A stretch of DNA of 64,000 nt from NCBI GenBank assembly GCA_030390025.1, contig JASTWF010000048.1:434001-498000 (forward strand), read 5' to 3'. The notes beneath the pieces are model-generated. The model searched no databases. It was given only the letters and a program-made list of their open reading frames with translations, and was not told the origin of the DNA. This stretch comes from Squalus acanthias. Lineage: Eukaryota. The translations under genes were made by a program, and so were the position numbers. Positions 62,461-64,000 of this stretch are shown here, one piece after another (the stretch's first letter is position 1; the number at the start of each line of letters is the position of its first letter).

Positions 62461-63178
62461 GTTCAGTGATCATTTTCCACCAACAGGTGGCAGCACTAGA
62501 TGGAAGTACAGTGCAAATGTTCTGCCGATAAGGTCAGAGCATCATAGAATGATCCAGTACGGAAGGGGGCCATTCGGACCATCGTGCCTGTACCAGGTCT
62601 TTGAAAGAGCTATCCAATTAGTTCCACTTCCCCCTGCTCTTTCGCCATATTGCTAATTCTTTCCCTTCACGTTATTATTCAATACAATTTTTAAAGTTAT
62701 TTTTGAAGCTGCATCCACCACTCTTTCAGACAATGTATTCGGCATTAAAACAACTCGCTGCATAAAGAAAAAAATCTCCTCATCTTCCCCACTGATTCGT
62801 TAGCCAATTACTTTAAATCTGTGCCCTTTGTTTACCGTCCCTTCTGCCACTGGAAAGAGTTTCTCCTTATTTAGTCTCATCAAATCATTTATGATTTTGA
62901 ACACCTCTGTCAAATTGTCCCTTCAGGTTCTCTGCTCTAAGGAGAACAAACCCAACTTCTCCACTCTCTGCACGTAATTTAACCTCTGCATTCCTGGTGG
63001 CAGACAAGTGAATCTCTTCTGCGCACTCTCTGAGGACTTGACATTAACTTGGCTCCATTTAGTTTATATTGCCAGGTGACAGCTCGAAATGGAACTTCAG
63101 TGTTGACGTTTCGCCACCTGGTGCCAGCTCGAGATAGATGTTCAGTGCTTATTTCCGCCACAAGTTGGCAGCACTTGT
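62461..63178 (+). promoter_or_regulatory. Paralogous, partly decayed CTCF cluster 3' of the V16 RSS (about 62477, 63111 and 63154)
   Basis: CACCAACAGGTGGCAGCAC, CGCCACCTGGTGCCAGC, CGCCACAAGTTGGCAGCAC. Confidence 0.6.
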
Positions 63179-63819
63179 GTCATGCGCACATTGACAAAGT
63201 TGTATGGACGCTCGCGGCCTTTTTAATCGGCGCCATTGGATGGAGGGATTGAGGCAGAACAGGTTTCAACACAGAGCAAGACTCAGCTCACGTTGCACAG
63301 TATCAGCATTGGCTCAGTGGTTCGCACTTTCCTCTCTGAGTGAGAAGGCCGTGGCTTGAAGTTAAACGCCATCGGCTTGAGCCAATCATTCAGGATGACA
63401 CTTCATTGCCTGTACTAAGGCAGCATCGCACTGGCGGAAGGGCAGTACTGGAGGAGTGTTGCACGGTCGGAAGACACATCTTAAAATCATCTGCCCTCTC
63501 GGGTGAACAAAAAAGAAGAATGAAAGAAAGACTTGCATTTCTACTGCACTGTTCAAGACGACATCACGTCTAAAAGCGCCTTACGACCAAAGAAATACAT
63601 TTATAAGTATAGTCATTTGTAACGTAGGACACTTTGCAGACAATTTTTGCACAGCAAGCTCCCACAAACCGCAATAAGATACTGGATTAGTCAATCTTTT
63701 TAGTGATGTTGGTTGATGATATATATTGGCCCACGAAATCGGGGAGAATGCCACTGCACATCTTCCAATAGTGTCCATGGGCAGATGGGGCCTTGTTTTA
63801 CGTCTCTTTCGAAAGAAGG

Positions 63820-64000
63820 CACCACCGACAGTACAGCGCTCCCTCAGTACTACCCATCTGACAGTGCATGCACACTCAGTAATGCGCCTCCGACAGTGCA
63901 GCACTCCCTCACAACAGCCCCTCCGACAGTGCAGCGCTCCCTCAGTATTGCCCATCTGACAGTGCACACACACTCAATACTGCACCTCCGACAGTGCAGC
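63820..64000 (-). repeat. 33-bp minisatellite running off the end of the window
   Basis: Same unit; paralog of 38640-39002. Confidence 0.85.

Larger units (their letters stand above)
59745..64000 (+). repeat. Segmental duplication of about 4.3 kb, paralogous to about 34641-38900 (V12 and V16 units)
   Basis: Collinear SINE, unique block, promoter, leader, intron minisatellite, V, CTCF cluster and downstream SINEs. Confidence 0.85.

Overview
Germline T-cell receptor beta variable-segment (TRBV) array of a cartilaginous fish. The shark assignment is inferred from the V sequences and the CR1, DeuSINE and Penelope repeat landscape; the species cannot be read from the sequence. The window holds 16 V segments or remnants from about 6 families, all on the + strand as assembled. 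A complete segment has a leader exon, a phase-1 intron, a V exon and a 23-bp-spacer RSS. There is also one orphan leader. No D, J or C segments are present. Nine segments look intact (V1, whose leader lies upstream of the window, and V2, V4, V6, V9, V12, V13, V15, V16). The others are disabled by a stop codon, lost ATG, broken heptamer, deletion, truncation or missing leader. The array grew by 2.5-4.4 kb segmental duplications and is filled with CR1 LINEs, SINEs, a Penelope element and Harbinger-like MITEs. Signals not explained by annotation: (1) co-oriented CTCF motifs, some in tandem, just 3' of the RSSs; (2) a 27-bp promoter minisatellite of GC box plus PBX/MEIS site shared by two unrelated V families; (3) an ETS/V-beta-decamer composite motif in three families; (4) a 19-bp deletion across a RAG cleavage site that resembles a germline open-and-shut joint; (5) a V whose dead 23-RSS contains a new 12(+1)-type RSS; (6) a leaderless V on a probably inverted contig; (7) a possible CDR1-CDR3 disulfide.
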